From a virus, in IMG/VR virus record IMGVR_UViG_3300008108_004834, positions 15,844-79,843 of that record: a stretch of DNA of 64,000 bases. The stretch is one strand, 5' to 3'. The position numbers and the translations under genes were made by a program. The notes under the pieces were generated by a model that was given only the letters and a program-made list of their open reading frames with translations, ran no database searches and was not told where the DNA came from. This document shows, piece after piece, positions 25,819 to 36,314 of the stretch. Each line of letters opens with the position of its first letter. Within the stretch, counting starts at the first letter, position 1.

Positions 25819-27057
25819 TTAGTAACCTATGAGACCATCATCACTTTGTCCATAATCATCATCAAATAGAGGTTCAATTTCACCAAAGGTTAATGTCATA
25901 TCATATTGAGTCATTGCACCGTCATCATATGTCGCATAGTTTCCTGCGGGAGTATAGTTAACGACGCAGTTTTGTAAAGCGCAAGTTTTTATTTTATTGA
26001 TGTATGTATGCTCAGAACCTTTATAATAGTACTGAATATCAAAAATATTTGGCGTTTGTAAAAATAGTGCAGATTCTGACCTTTTTACTGACATACCTTG
26101 TTTGAAAAATCTTATAATTTTTCTAATTTCTTCTGCTTCTTTGCTAAACCGAGCTGACATTGAAAAATTGAAAGTAAATGAACGAAGTGATGGACCTTGG
26201 AATAATAGTTCCATATTGCTGTTCAAAACAGCACCCGTTGCTCTTGTTAAAAATCCTTGATTTGCCCCAGTTGCCTGGCCAGCAAAAGATGCTGCTATTG
26301 CTTTTTGTATATCTCCTTTGTAATCTTTTACTGCCTTTGCGGCAGTATTTCCCGATTCTCCAAGATTTTCTGCCCCCCCTTTAATCGCTGATAATGCTAG
26401 AGCTGCTCCGGCAGCAGAAATCGCATCCATAGAATTCTCTCCCCAAGAAACTAGATTAGAATCGGAAATACCAGGTTGTATAGGGAGCATGACAGTTCCC
26501 ATAGAATTTCCTTTATTGGATCCAGAAAATGTTCCAAGATCACTAGTCAATTCAACTTTCTTTGGTTTAGCCCTATACATCGTAAATTTAATACAATCTT
26601 GTTCAGACATAAATTTTGCATCTTTGGGATACTTTAGATTACCATAACTCTGTCTTATGCCACCTTTTTTATCTCCTATCTTTAAATCCGATAGAGTTTT
26701 ATTAAAGTCTGTTGCAGATCCTGTAGACCCTGCAGTTGCAGAATTTGGTGATAGTAATTGTTGTGCATTTGTTGCTCCTGCTTTAGTTGCAGTCTCAATT
26801 GACTTATCTTTAATAATTTTTATATTTTTAGTGTCAGATAATGCTTTTTTTTCGGAATCCGTTAAATTTGCATTAGCATCTGGAGTAAATTGCCCTGTTG
26901 ATGGATTGTAAGTTCCTATACTTTGTTGCGTAGTTGCTGCCCCACCACGGTAAACCTGGGTTATTCCATTAGTTGCATTTACTTCGTTGGATAATATTCC
27001 CCCAATACCAGGAATTAAATATGTATTTGTTCCCGCTGCTCCATAAGTTCCTGCCAT
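25819..27057 (-). CDS. gp48: Baseplate tail-tube cap gp48
   Basis: NSNMELLFQGPSLRSFTFNF, IRFFKQGM, VNYTP, LTFGEIEP. Confidence 0.85.
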   Translation of the reverse strand: MAGTYGAAGTNTYLIPGIGGILSNEVNATNGITQVYRGGAATTQQSIGTYNPSTGQFTPDANANLTDSEKKALSDTKNIKIIKDKSIETATKAGATNAQQLLSPNSATAGSTGSATDFNKTLSDLKIGDKKGGIRQSYGNLKYPKDAKFMSEQDCIKFTMYRAKPKKVELTSDLGTFSGSNKGNSMGTVMLPIQPGISDSNLVSWGENSMDAISAAGAALALSAIKGGAENLGESGNTAAKAVKDYKGDIQKAIAASFAGQATGANQGFLTRATGAVLNSNMELLFQGPSLRSFTFNFSMSARFSKEAEEIRKIIRFFKQGMSVKRSESALFLQTPNIFDIQYYYKGSEHTYINKIKTCALQNCVVNYTPAGNYATYDDGAMTQYDMTLTFGEIEPLFDDDYGQSDDGLIGY

Positions 27058-27135
27058 CAAACCTCCTCCTTACTTGCGGAAGAATTAATAATCTCAATTA
27101 TTTGTAGAGTATGAGACATTGATATGAAGAGGTTT

Positions 27136-27531
27136 TTATTTATTTAGACGGAATTTTGCATAAGGTATAGAAAGTAACTCATCCAACTCATTATACTTAA
27201 CAACGTGAAGTTTTCCGGAAACTTCTCCCCACGTATATTGTCTTGATTGTCTCCAATGAAAATTGATTGCTTTAAATCCCCATCCATAAAGTTCTGTGCA
27301 GGCAATTAATGGGTGCTGGTCATATTCAATTTCTGGTGTCTTTGGAGTATAAACGAATGTATAAAACTTTCCTGGTTCTGGATATAATACTTCTTCCTTT
27401 AAGGCATCCATTATCATCAACATTAGGTCTTCTGGATCACTGGTTCCATTCTCAACAATTCTTCTCTTAAGTTCTTCTATTCTTGCTGTTGTTGAGGATT
27501 TCTCTACATATTGCCCAAAACCTTTTGCCAT
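27136..27531 (-). CDS. gp2-like DNA end protector (short form)
   Basis: PGKFYTFVYTPK...YDQHPLI...GFKAINFH; adjacent to gp4. Confidence 0.6.
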   Translation of the reverse strand: MAKGFGQYVEKSSTTARIEELKRRIVENGTSDPEDLMLMIMDALKEEVLYPEPGKFYTFVYTPKTPEIEYDQHPLIACTELYGWGFKAINFHWRQSRQYTWGEVSGKLHVVKYNELDELLSIPYAKFRLNK

Positions 27532-27984
27532 TTACTTGATACCAAGTTCGTTTTCTGTGACGATAAGAAATTTTATTAAGTGGTCATCGCACCATTCTTG
27601 AATTGTTTTCCACTTTGATTGATTAACAGCATAAGTATTCACTTCATTAATATAAGTTTTTGTTTTCTTATTTCCCTTAATTGGCGGAACTGTTTGCCTT
27701 TTTGGTTTTATTTCAATCACATACTTTTGAGTCTTTCCATTATTTTCTAGTACTTCAATAATAAAATCTGGAAAGTATCTACACACTTTTTCCTTTACTG
27801 GATTATAATAAGGAATACAAAATTCTTCAGACCCATACCTAAGAATACTTGGAGACCTATCACACCATTGCATAAACTTGAGTTCCCAACTACTTCTATA
27901 TACTATATTTTTGGGGTCTCCAATATATTTTTGGGGATTTTGTGGATGAAAAAGTCCTTGACAATATTTTGAATCGCGAGACAT
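27532..27984 (-). CDS. gp4: Head completion nuclease gp4
   Basis: NPQKYIGD, YRSSWE, RYFPDF, EIKPKRQT, NQSKW; late promoter TATAAATA on the minus strand at 28021-28028. Confidence 0.92.
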   Translation of the reverse strand: MSRDSKYCQGLFHPQNPQKYIGDPKNIVYRSSWELKFMQWCDRSPSILRYGSEEFCIPYYNPVKEKVCRYFPDFIIEVLENNGKTQKYVIEIKPKRQTVPPIKGNKKTKTYINEVNTYAVNQSKWKTIQEWCDDHLIKFLIVTENELGIK

Positions 27985-28029
27985 TCTTTCTTTTTATATA
28001 CATAATATATCAACTAAAAGTATTTATAG

Positions 28030-29010
28030 ATGGCCATCAACGGTTTTGCAAGTGGTTTAGATCTTGGGGTCAATACTCCAACAATTAATCTTCAAAATGC
28101 AAATCTTGCAGCAAATATAAACAATAATACTTCAGTGGCATTTGATCAAAATACAAATCTCGTTCCCGGAGTTCCCAATCCTTCCCAAGCAGAAGAACAA
28201 ACTCAAACAACAAATTCTGGTGGCAATGCCCCACAACCAAAAAAAGTTTCTACTGATATTATAAAGGCAAGAATACTCCAACCTTCCTTAACCTCACATT
28301 TCGAGTGTTACTTTGCGCCGCCGCCTCCTCCTTGTGCTGCTTTTATTAAGCAAGGAGTTCCTGATGTTGATGTTGAAGGTCTTTTGATGTTGACTTGTTC
28401 CGAAGCATCTCTTCCTGGATCAAGTTTAACAACTCACGAATTAAATAATGATATAACAGGAGTAACTCAAAGACACGCATATCGTCGTTTATATGATGAT
28501 CGTGCTGATTTTACATTTTATGTAAATAACTCATACACACAGATTAGATACTTTGAGTCTTGGATAAGATTTATTGCAGGCGAACAAGTAGCAAAGGAAG
28601 TTTCATCCGACTTATATCGCCCATATAGAGTTAAATATCCCCAAGATTATAAAACTAGTGTTTATATCACCAAATTCGAAAGAGATACTCAAGCGATAGG
28701 TGCCAAAAACCCCCAAAGAATTGTTTACACATTTCACAATGCGTTCCCACTTCAAGTACAATCAATGCCAGTCTCTTATGATTCCTCCCAGTTATTGAAG
28801 TGTACAGTGTCATTTACTTATGATAGGTACACTGCATCAAATACTTCAGTTTCTTCTACTTATACTCGGACGGAAGAACCCACCCAATCAACAGCAACTG
28901 GGGTTCCAAATCTTGCTGTAGATAATCTTTTTACGAATACGCAATTACAATTTGGTGTTGGTGGTGTTCCTGAACTTCCCGGATTAGTTGGCACTGGTGC
29001 ATTGGCATAA
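28030..29010 (+). CDS. Tail tube-like baseplate protein (gp54/gp19 family)
   Basis: CSEASLPGSSL, YRRLYD, FTFYV, NAFP, CTVSFTY. Confidence 0.75.
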   Translation: MAINGFASGLDLGVNTPTINLQNANLAANINNNTSVAFDQNTNLVPGVPNPSQAEEQTQTTNSGGNAPQPKKVSTDIIKARILQPSLTSHFECYFAPPPPPCAAFIKQGVPDVDVEGLLMLTCSEASLPGSSLTTHELNNDITGVTQRHAYRRLYDDRADFTFYVNNSYTQIRYFESWIRFIAGEQVAKEVSSDLYRPYRVKYPQDYKTSVYITKFERDTQAIGAKNPQRIVYTFHNAFPLQVQSMPVSYDSSQLLKCTVSFTYDRYTASNTSVSSTYTRTEEPTQSTATGVPNLAVDNLFTNTQLQFGVGGVPELPGLVGTGALA

Positions 29011-29011
29011 A

Positions 29012-29037
29012 AAAAGAGGGCCTCAAGACCCTCTTTT
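29012..29037. terminator. Bidirectional terminator
   Basis: AAAAGAGGG...CCCTCTTTT between convergent genes. Confidence 0.8.
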
Positions 29038-29182
29038 AATTTGGAAATGTTGAACCATTGTCTAGATTTTTTGTTGCTTCTTGAAGTAGATATACACCAA
29101 GAACTATAAAACTTGTAGTTCCTATCCAGGCAAGACTTAAAATTAAACTAAGTTTTATTAAATTTCTAAAAAATTTAATCAT
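29036..29182 (-). CDS. 48-aa single-TM protein (MIKFFRNLIKLSLILSLAWIGTTSFIVLGVYLLQ...); not in ORF track
   Basis: ATGA coupling to 29179..29418. Confidence 0.6.
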   Translation of the reverse strand: MIKFFRNLIKLSLILSLAWIGTTSFIVLGVYLLQEATKNLDNGSTFPN

Positions 29183-29418
29183 TTTTTATTGGAGTTATTC
29201 ATACAAAGTCCGATAGCAGCTACAACGGTGATCAAATTGCCCAATAAAAACCAATTTCCTTCTGCTGCAACGTTCATTCGATGACGTATTTCTGCATGAT
29301 GGGATTCTGTCTTAACTGCATTTTCTAGAAGAGACATATCTCTTACTGTTTCATATGCCACATATCCAGAACCAAGAATTCCGTAAATGAATACAAGACT
29401 AAAAAAGAGTTTTTGCAT
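29179..29418 (-). CDS. Two-TM hypothetical protein
   Basis: ORF track; TATAAT -10 box upstream on the minus strand. Confidence 0.7.
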   Translation of the reverse strand: MQKLFFSLVFIYGILGSGYVAYETVRDMSLLENAVKTESHHAEIRHRMNVAAEGNWFLLGNLITVVAAIGLCMNNSNKK

Positions 29419-29535
29419 TTGATTGTTTGTTTACTGTTTTATTATAGCACCCAAAATGACCAAAAATGTTTTAAGTGGCCACTTCATCTTCTGTCCACCT
29501 ACCATAAATAAATTAACTGAATTGTATAGGAGATT

Positions 29536-30255
29536 ATGCCTTTACCAAAAATTGCCACACCAACATATGAGTTGGAATTACCTTCAACTGGTCAAACTAT
29601 AAAATTTAGACCATTTTTAGTCAAAGAAGAAAAATTGCTAGTCATCGCTTTAGAATCTGAAGATACTAAGCAAATTACTAATGCAATTAAAACAGTAATT
29701 AAAAACTGTATTGAAACTAAGAATGTCAAAGTGGAAAATTTACCTACATTTGATATAGAGTATCTTTTCCTTAACATTCGGGGTAAGTCTGTTGGTGAAG
29801 AGATAGAAGTAAATGTATTCTGCCCAGATGACGGAGAAACTTCTGTTCCTGTTAAAATTAACGTAGACGATATCAAAGTTCAACGTAATAATAAACACTC
29901 CAATAAAATTAAACTTGACGATTCTCTAATGATGGAAATGAAGTATCCATCTCTAGATCAGTTCATTAAAAACAATTTTGACTTGTCTAGTAATAATGCA
30001 ATGGAGCAATCATTTGAACTTGTTGCTTCTTGTGTGGATAAAATTTACACAGAAGATGAAGTTTGGGCATCTGCTGATGTATCTAAGAAAGAACTTTTAG
30101 AATTTCTGGACCAAATGAATTCTTCTCAATTTAAACAAATTGAAAGGTTCTTTGAAACAATGCCCAAACTTTCTCATAAAATCAAGGTTAAAAATCCAAG
30201 GACTGAGGTTGAAAGTGAAGTTGTTCTTGAGGGACTATCAAGTTTTTTCGCATAG
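29536..30255 (+). CDS. gp26: Baseplate hub subunit gp26
   Basis: MPLPKI, FRPFLVKEEK, FDIEYLFLNIRGKSVGE, FFETMPKL. Confidence 0.92.
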   Translation: MPLPKIATPTYELELPSTGQTIKFRPFLVKEEKLLVIALESEDTKQITNAIKTVIKNCIETKNVKVENLPTFDIEYLFLNIRGKSVGEEIEVNVFCPDDGETSVPVKINVDDIKVQRNNKHSNKIKLDDSLMMEMKYPSLDQFIKNNFDLSSNNAMEQSFELVASCVDKIYTEDEVWASADVSKKELLEFLDQMNSSQFKQIERFFETMPKLSHKIKVKNPRTEVESEVVLEGLSSFFA

Positions 30256-30257
30256 GA

Positions 30258-30440
30258 ATGTCCCATATGGATCTCAAGGCTTATTTTAGTCTCAACTTTT
30301 CGTTAATGCAGTATCATAAATATTCATTGACTGAAATTGAAAATATGATTCCTTGGGAGAGGGATATTTATGTTGAATTCCTAAGACAGCATTTAGAAGA
30401 AGAAGAGTTAAAACAGAAACAACAAACTAATGGCTGGTAA
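30258..30440 (+). CDS. gp51: Baseplate hub assembly chaperone gp51-like
   Basis: NFSLMQYHKYSLTEIENMIPWERDIY. Confidence 0.85.
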   Translation: MSHMDLKAYFSLNFSLMQYHKYSLTEIENMIPWERDIYVEFLRQHLEEEELKQKQQTNGW

Positions 30441-33252
30441 TTTTACTCTACCTACAGAAAATATTGATGAGGTAATTTTAAGATTACTGGCCTTAGAACC
30501 TAATGAAATAGATGAACTTGATTACGAGACTTATAAAAACAATTTAAGAGAAATTTTAGTCGGAGTAACCACATTAAAAAGAAAAATTGGTGATACTGAA
30601 TTTAATCTTATAAAAGATGAATTTAAAAGAGTAAGAGGAAAGAAAGGTAGATTTAAAATTAAATTCAAGAAATCAAAGGTAACTGCCAATGGGTTAGGTC
30701 TTGGTGGAGTTAGAAAGCAGGTTGCAGGGACTCAAAGGAGACTGATGATTGCTCCTGTTGGGGGAGTTCCTAGAGGGGCTAAAGAAAAAATAGAAACGGT
30801 TTCTAAAGGAAGAGACAGTCAGTTTAATATTTTAGAAAGAATTAGTAATTCATTAGATTCTATTGTTAAAACATTAACAGATATTAATAAAGATAATAAA
30901 AAAAGAATTGATACTGAAAGAAAAGATACGGAAAGTAAAAAAAGATTTGGTAAGGAGAGGGAATTAGAATCTAAAGTATTTGATGGAATAAAAAATGTAG
31001 TATCTGCTATTACCAAACCTTTTCAATCTATTTGGGATAAAATTATTAATTTTATTAAAAATATTATTCTTGGTAGAATTTTAATAAAGTTAGTAGATTG
31101 GATTGCTGATCCAAAAAATCAAGGAAAAATAAAAAGTATTATTAGATTCTTTAAAGATTGGTGGCCAGCACTACTTGGTGGTTATGTTTTATTTGGCACA
31201 ACTTTTGGAAAACTTGTTCGTTCCACTGTGGGGATGGTGGGAAGATTTATCTTTCAAATCGGAAAGGTTGCAATTCCACAACTTTTAAAGTTCATTAAAA
31301 CACCTTTGGGAAAAGGAGTTGCTCTATTCACTGCAGGAGCAACTATACCGGCAATGTTCCCCGGAACTGTTAATGAACAAGAGAGAAAGACTTCACAATC
31401 TCCGGGAAGTGCAGCGGATAAAATAAGACAACTTCAACAACAAAAAGCAAGTCTTAATATATTTGAACGATTGCAAGGAAAAGGATCTGAGATTGATGAA
31501 CAGATACGTTATTTACAAACTGGAAAAACTAAATCATATGGATTTAATGGTGGTGGATTTGCCGGTCTAATAAGAGGTCCAAAAGGAAGAGATAAAGTAC
31601 CAGCGATGCTCACCGATGGTGAGTTTGTGATGTCTGCTGGTGCAGTTCAAAAGTATGGTATTAATACTCTGGAAGCAATGAATGCTTCTGGAGGTGGAAC
31701 AAATCAACCCCAAGTCGTTGCAGGAACAACATATGCTTATGGTGGAGGACGTATTGGGGGCCCTGAGAAAGACTCTGGGGGATATTCTGGTAATTTATCT
31801 AACGATCCAGTATCTTCCATTAAAAAGTTTATAAAGCACAAACTTGGATATGATGTAGATAAACCAAATACTTGGGGGTCATCTTTTCGTACAGGAATTT
31901 CTGGTATATCAGGATCAGGATCAGTATCAGGTTCCAGATATAAATTTCCAGAAAAGTTACCCAATTTAAGAGATATTACTAATCGTGGATTAGAGTTAGC
32001 AAATCAGTCTTATAATACTATTAAAAATCCAAATATACAAAGAGATATTACTAATCGTGGGCTAGAGTTAGCAAATCAGTCTTATAATACTATTAAAAAT
32101 CCAAATACACTAAGATATGGAAAAGATAGGTTAAATGATATTGGAACAACAATAAAAGATAAACTTGTTCAATATTATGATTATCCATTAGCATCTCTTG
32201 AAAAATATGGAACAAATAGGGAAGATGCATTAATTAAATCTGGCGAACTGAAACCTGGAGCAGCTCTAACAAAAACGACACAAGCAAATCTTGATAAAAG
32301 TGACGCTTGGATTAATAGTCTTTATGATTCCAAGAGAGATAAAGGTCCAATCGGATCGGTCAAGAAAAGATTTCAAGATATTCAAAATAAAGGACTTTTT
32401 GCGGATCCTACTGCATTATTGGGACTAAAAAGTGAAGGGTTTGAAAAATTCGTGGAAAAGGCATCGGGGGGAAGAATTAAAAATTTTGGTGCCAAATTAA
32501 CTGGTCTGCAATATGCAGCAAAAGGATTAATGGGTCCACTTGGAAAGGCATCTAGAATTGATGATGGTGGATCTCTAGGTAGATATGTTAGACCTGCGAT
32601 GTTGGAGGCACAGAGAAGAGGTCAAGGGGGTGTTGGGGCAATTGGACTGGGACAGAATGATTACAATAGATTGATGGGAGATAAACTTGCTAATCTTGCT
32701 TTGGGGCAATTCAACTTTAGGGTTGATAAGAGTGGAAGAGCAACAACTGATGATACTTATGAAGCAAATAAATCTGCAGGTGAATATTTTAAGACTGCAA
32801 GACAATCATTGAAATCTGGTGACGTTGGTGGAGCTTTATTTAAGGCTGTTTCTGGGGTATTGAGAATAAATCAAAATACTGGTTGGGGAAATTTGAGACC
32901 GGGTGGATTGGGTATTGACCTGGGGGGTGGTTTTACGCCAACGGATAATAAGGGAAAACCATTACCGCCAACAAAATCAAAATCTCCAGTTACTATGTAC
33001 GGTCCTAATGATCCACGAAGAAAGCAATCTGGGTCATATAAATCTAGATTTGCTCGCCCAAGAAACGCTGGAGTTGCACCAGTAAAACCACCGGTTAGAC
33101 CAAAACGAAGAACAAAATCAGACTTAGTTGGTAGTGGGGGAAGAAGCAGTGGAATAAAATCTTCCAATACCCAAAAACCAAAAACAGTAAGTCCAACACA
33201 TCCAAAGGGAACAAGAACTTCTCAATCTACACTGGGAATTAATAAAAGATAA
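30430..33252 (+). CDS. Large baseplate hub / tape-measure-like virion protein
   Basis: 940 aa; helical and amphipathic segments; GGG...DKVPAMLTDGEFV motif typical of tape-measure-type proteins; position after gp51. Confidence 0.65.
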   Translation: MAGNFTLPTENIDEVILRLLALEPNEIDELDYETYKNNLREILVGVTTLKRKIGDTEFNLIKDEFKRVRGKKGRFKIKFKKSKVTANGLGLGGVRKQVAGTQRRLMIAPVGGVPRGAKEKIETVSKGRDSQFNILERISNSLDSIVKTLTDINKDNKKRIDTERKDTESKKRFGKERELESKVFDGIKNVVSAITKPFQSIWDKIINFIKNIILGRILIKLVDWIADPKNQGKIKSIIRFFKDWWPALLGGYVLFGTTFGKLVRSTVGMVGRFIFQIGKVAIPQLLKFIKTPLGKGVALFTAGATIPAMFPGTVNEQERKTSQSPGSAADKIRQLQQQKASLNIFERLQGKGSEIDEQIRYLQTGKTKSYGFNGGGFAGLIRGPKGRDKVPAMLTDGEFVMSAGAVQKYGINTLEAMNASGGGTNQPQVVAGTTYAYGGGRIGGPEKDSGGYSGNLSNDPVSSIKKFIKHKLGYDVDKPNTWGSSFRTGISGISGSGSVSGSRYKFPEKLPNLRDITNRGLELANQSYNTIKNPNIQRDITNRGLELANQSYNTIKNPNTLRYGKDRLNDIGTTIKDKLVQYYDYPLASLEKYGTNREDALIKSGELKPGAALTKTTQANLDKSDAWINSLYDSKRDKGPIGSVKKRFQDIQNKGLFADPTALLGLKSEGFEKFVEKASGGRIKNFGAKLTGLQYAAKGLMGPLGKASRIDDGGSLGRYVRPAMLEAQRRGQGGVGAIGLGQNDYNRLMGDKLANLALGQFNFRVDKSGRATTDDTYEANKSAGEYFKTARQSLKSGDVGGALFKAVSGVLRINQNTGWGNLRPGGLGIDLGGGFTPTDNKGKPLPPTKSKSPVTMYGPNDPRRKQSGSYKSRFARPRNAGVAPVKPPVRPKRRTKSDLVGSGGRSSGIKSSNTQKPKTVSPTHPKGTRTSQSTLGINKR
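31969..32107 (+). repeat. 72-nt-period tandem duplication (RDITNRGLELANQSYNTIKNPN x2)
   Basis: Copies start at 31969 and 32041; two synonymous mismatches. Confidence 0.9.
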
Positions 33253-36200
33253 TGACAAAATTACTCCCTTCTTCAACTTCTGCTATTATTAAATCACAAA
33301 AAAGTGCGGTTATAAATTCCAAAAAACTTTTTAATATAAAATCAAAAACTACTCTTCTTGATGGATTCGCTGATCAAAAAGTGGGATCTTTTAACGGGTC
33401 TCTATCTCATATTGAGAAAAAAATTATTATAGTTGATAAACTTTTAAAGGAATCTTTATTTCTATCAAGAAAAGAAGACCAATCAAAAAGAAAAGGCAAA
33501 GAACAAGAAAAGTTTTCTTCTAAGGAAAAGGAGTTAGAAACAAAGAAACCACCCACAGTAAAAGGTATAAAACTTCCAAGTCTACCGAAAATGGGATTTT
33601 TTGGGTGGATTAAAAATTTTATTACACAAACTATTCTTGGATTTTTTGCGGTAAGATTAATAGAATTTCTTCCTCAACTTTTGAAAATACTTCCAGTAAT
33701 TATTAAAGTAAGTGATTTTATTGTTAATGTTGGGGGTAAATTACTTGATGGACTTATAACTTTTGTTGATTGGGGATATAAAGCATATGATACTACTCGC
33801 GGATTTGTTAAAAATACTTTTGGCGAAAATGGGGCAAAACAATTTGATCATCTTTCCAGTTTATTAAATAAGTTTTTAAATCTTGCAATCATTGCTGGAA
33901 TGGTTGCTTCTGGGTCTGGAAGATTTAGTAGTGGTAAAGGACCTACGCCAAGTACAAGACCAAGGCCTGGAACTGGAGGAAGACCAAGAGTAACAACGTC
34001 AGGTGGAGGCCGGGCTGGTGGATTTGACTTAAGAAATCCTTTTAGACAAAGACCAACGATTACTACAAGTGCCGGTAAAAAAGGATTACTCTCTTCTATT
34101 AGACCTCTTCTTAAGAGAATACCACTACCTGTTATTGGCGCATTAATTGATTTTGGGTTGTCTGTAGCACTTGGAGAAAATCCAGGAAGAGCAGCATTTA
34201 GAGCAATTGGAGCGGGCCTTCTTGGCGCTGTTGGAGTAGCAGCAGGATCAGTTATTCCAGTTGCTGGTAATTTTATTGGCGGATTACTTGGTGGTGCGGC
34301 TGGAGATGCAATTGGTGGTGCTCTGTATGATGCATTTTTCGGATCTGGAGTTAAACCAAATAAAGGAAAAACAGTCAAAGCTGCAGGTGGAGGGAGACCT
34401 AGTACTAAATCCGGAAGAACTATTAAGAAAAAAAGAAAATCAAGAACACTATCATTTACGCCAAGAAGAATAAGACCCGGTGCTAATGCTGGGGGAGAAG
34501 ATAAAGTTCAATCAATTTTTCCAAATCCATCTAAACCTGGAGGAATGTTTGGATTTTTGGGTGGATTGTTTGGCGAGAATAAACAAGAAGAACCACAAAA
34601 ACCAAAAGAAAAAACAGCAAACCCTCAAGAGTTTTTGGTTAAAAGTAATGATGTTCTTGGAAAATCTGATTTCTTCGGTCCATTCTTTACACTTGCAATT
34701 AAAACAGTTCTTGGGCAAAAACCAGATATTTTAGATTATAGAAATGCTGGAAGAGGATTAAATGCCTGGATGCAGACTACCTTTAAATCAAGTTCTATTG
34801 GGTTTGCTGGAGGTGGTGAAGTAGACATTAAACAACTTTTCTCCGGAGAAGACCTCTCAGATGCGATTGCAAAATCTGTTGAAGATTCTGTATCAAAGGA
34901 AGTTGATATGACTATTCGTGATTTGGCGAAAGAAATATCTTTGAGACCAGTTGGTAGAGAAGAGATGATTCGAGAGAATATTAAGAAGGGTACTGAAGCA
35001 GGAGCAACTGGAGGTGGTGGAGGTGGTGAAGTGGGAGGAACTACTGGTGTAGGAACAGTAGAGCAGAGAGCAATGCTTGATGCAATATCTTTTGCCGAAG
35101 GAACTAAAGCAAGTTATGGCACTGTTTTTGGTGGGAAAGTTATTCCGGAATTGGCTAGAGGTGAAATGACTGTCTCCCAAGTTCTTGAAATGCAAAGAAC
35201 TGGAAGGTTTAACGGAATACAATACATACCACCCAATTCTTATGATTCTGATGCAACTGGTAGATATCAGTTTATGTCTTATACTTTGAAAGAAGAAATT
35301 GGAAAACAAGGTGTAAAAATGGATGACAAATTTACACCATCTCTTCAAGATAAATTGATATTGGGAAGAATAACTAGAATGAGGGGAGTTACTGCAGAAC
35401 TTCTTAAAAAAGAAGGAATGAGTGCGGCAGTAATGGATAGGTTGGCCCCAGAGTTTGCTTCTTTTCCATATTCACCAAAAGGAAATAGAAGTTATTATGG
35501 ACAACCAGTGAAAAGTCCGGAATCTATTAGAAACGCATATAACAAAGCACTTGGAATTCAAAGAGAACTTGCTTCTACACAATCTGAAAAAGGAGGAGGA
35601 ACACTTGGATCTAAAAAAGGAAATTTAGATGAAGCTCAAAGAATTGCCCAAAGTATGGGTCTTACAATGACTAGTGGAACAAGAGGACCTCGTTATCCAG
35701 GCGATAGAAGTCTTCATATACAGGGAAGAGCAAGAGATTTTTCTAATGATTCTGTTGGTAGAGGAACTCCACAACAATTAGCATATGCCAAAAAGATGGT
35801 AAATGAGTTTGGGTCATCTCTTACTCAATTAATATATACGCCTTTGGGATATGGAATTGCCAACGGAAAAAAGGTTCCGTTAAGTTACTGGGGAGAGAGT
35901 ACTAATAGAGGACACTATAATCACGTTCACGTTGCATATGAAAAAGGTGGAGAAACATTGGATGGCCCACATACAGCATTAATTGGAGAAAAGGGGAAAG
36001 AATATGTTATTGATGCAGATTCATATGAAGAGACAGAAAGAGTTGCACCTGGATTATTGGACATCCTTAACTATAATGTCCACGATAAAACTTCATTGCA
36101 AAAAAATATGCCAGCAATCATTGGTTCTCTAAGTCAATATGCCGATTATGAAATGACGTATTCTGAACCAGAAGTTGCATTTATACCGATACCTTTGCAA

Positions 36201-36311
36201 GATTCTGTTGGTGACTATGGAACTACATCTAGACCCTCAGTTTCTTATGATAGTATATCATCTATAGATAGTATATCATCACAAATCAGCGACTCTTTAA
36301 TGTACGGATAA
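33252..36311 (+). CDS. Large virion protein with lambda-type muramidase and M15-like peptidase domains
   Basis: LDAISFAEGT...ATGRYQF...QD...EFASFP (about 35060-35550); SGTR...SLH..GRARD...HYNHVHV (about 35630-35940). Confidence 0.75.
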   Translation: MTKLLPSSTSAIIKSQKSAVINSKKLFNIKSKTTLLDGFADQKVGSFNGSLSHIEKKIIIVDKLLKESLFLSRKEDQSKRKGKEQEKFSSKEKELETKKPPTVKGIKLPSLPKMGFFGWIKNFITQTILGFFAVRLIEFLPQLLKILPVIIKVSDFIVNVGGKLLDGLITFVDWGYKAYDTTRGFVKNTFGENGAKQFDHLSSLLNKFLNLAIIAGMVASGSGRFSSGKGPTPSTRPRPGTGGRPRVTTSGGGRAGGFDLRNPFRQRPTITTSAGKKGLLSSIRPLLKRIPLPVIGALIDFGLSVALGENPGRAAFRAIGAGLLGAVGVAAGSVIPVAGNFIGGLLGGAAGDAIGGALYDAFFGSGVKPNKGKTVKAAGGGRPSTKSGRTIKKKRKSRTLSFTPRRIRPGANAGGEDKVQSIFPNPSKPGGMFGFLGGLFGENKQEEPQKPKEKTANPQEFLVKSNDVLGKSDFFGPFFTLAIKTVLGQKPDILDYRNAGRGLNAWMQTTFKSSSIGFAGGGEVDIKQLFSGEDLSDAIAKSVEDSVSKEVDMTIRDLAKEISLRPVGREEMIRENIKKGTEAGATGGGGGGEVGGTTGVGTVEQRAMLDAISFAEGTKASYGTVFGGKVIPELARGEMTVSQVLEMQRTGRFNGIQYIPPNSYDSDATGRYQFMSYTLKEEIGKQGVKMDDKFTPSLQDKLILGRITRMRGVTAELLKKEGMSAAVMDRLAPEFASFPYSPKGNRSYYGQPVKSPESIRNAYNKALGIQRELASTQSEKGGGTLGSKKGNLDEAQRIAQSMGLTMTSGTRGPRYPGDRSLHIQGRARDFSNDSVGRGTPQQLAYAKKMVNEFGSSLTQLIYTPLGYGIANGKKVPLSYWGESTNRGHYNHVHVAYEKGGETLDGPHTALIGEKGKEYVIDADSYEETERVAPGLLDILNYNVHDKTSLQKNMPAIIGSLSQYADYEMTYSEPEVAFIPIPLQDSVGDYGTTSRPSVSYDSISSIDSISSQISDSLMYG

Positions 36312-36314
36312 GAA

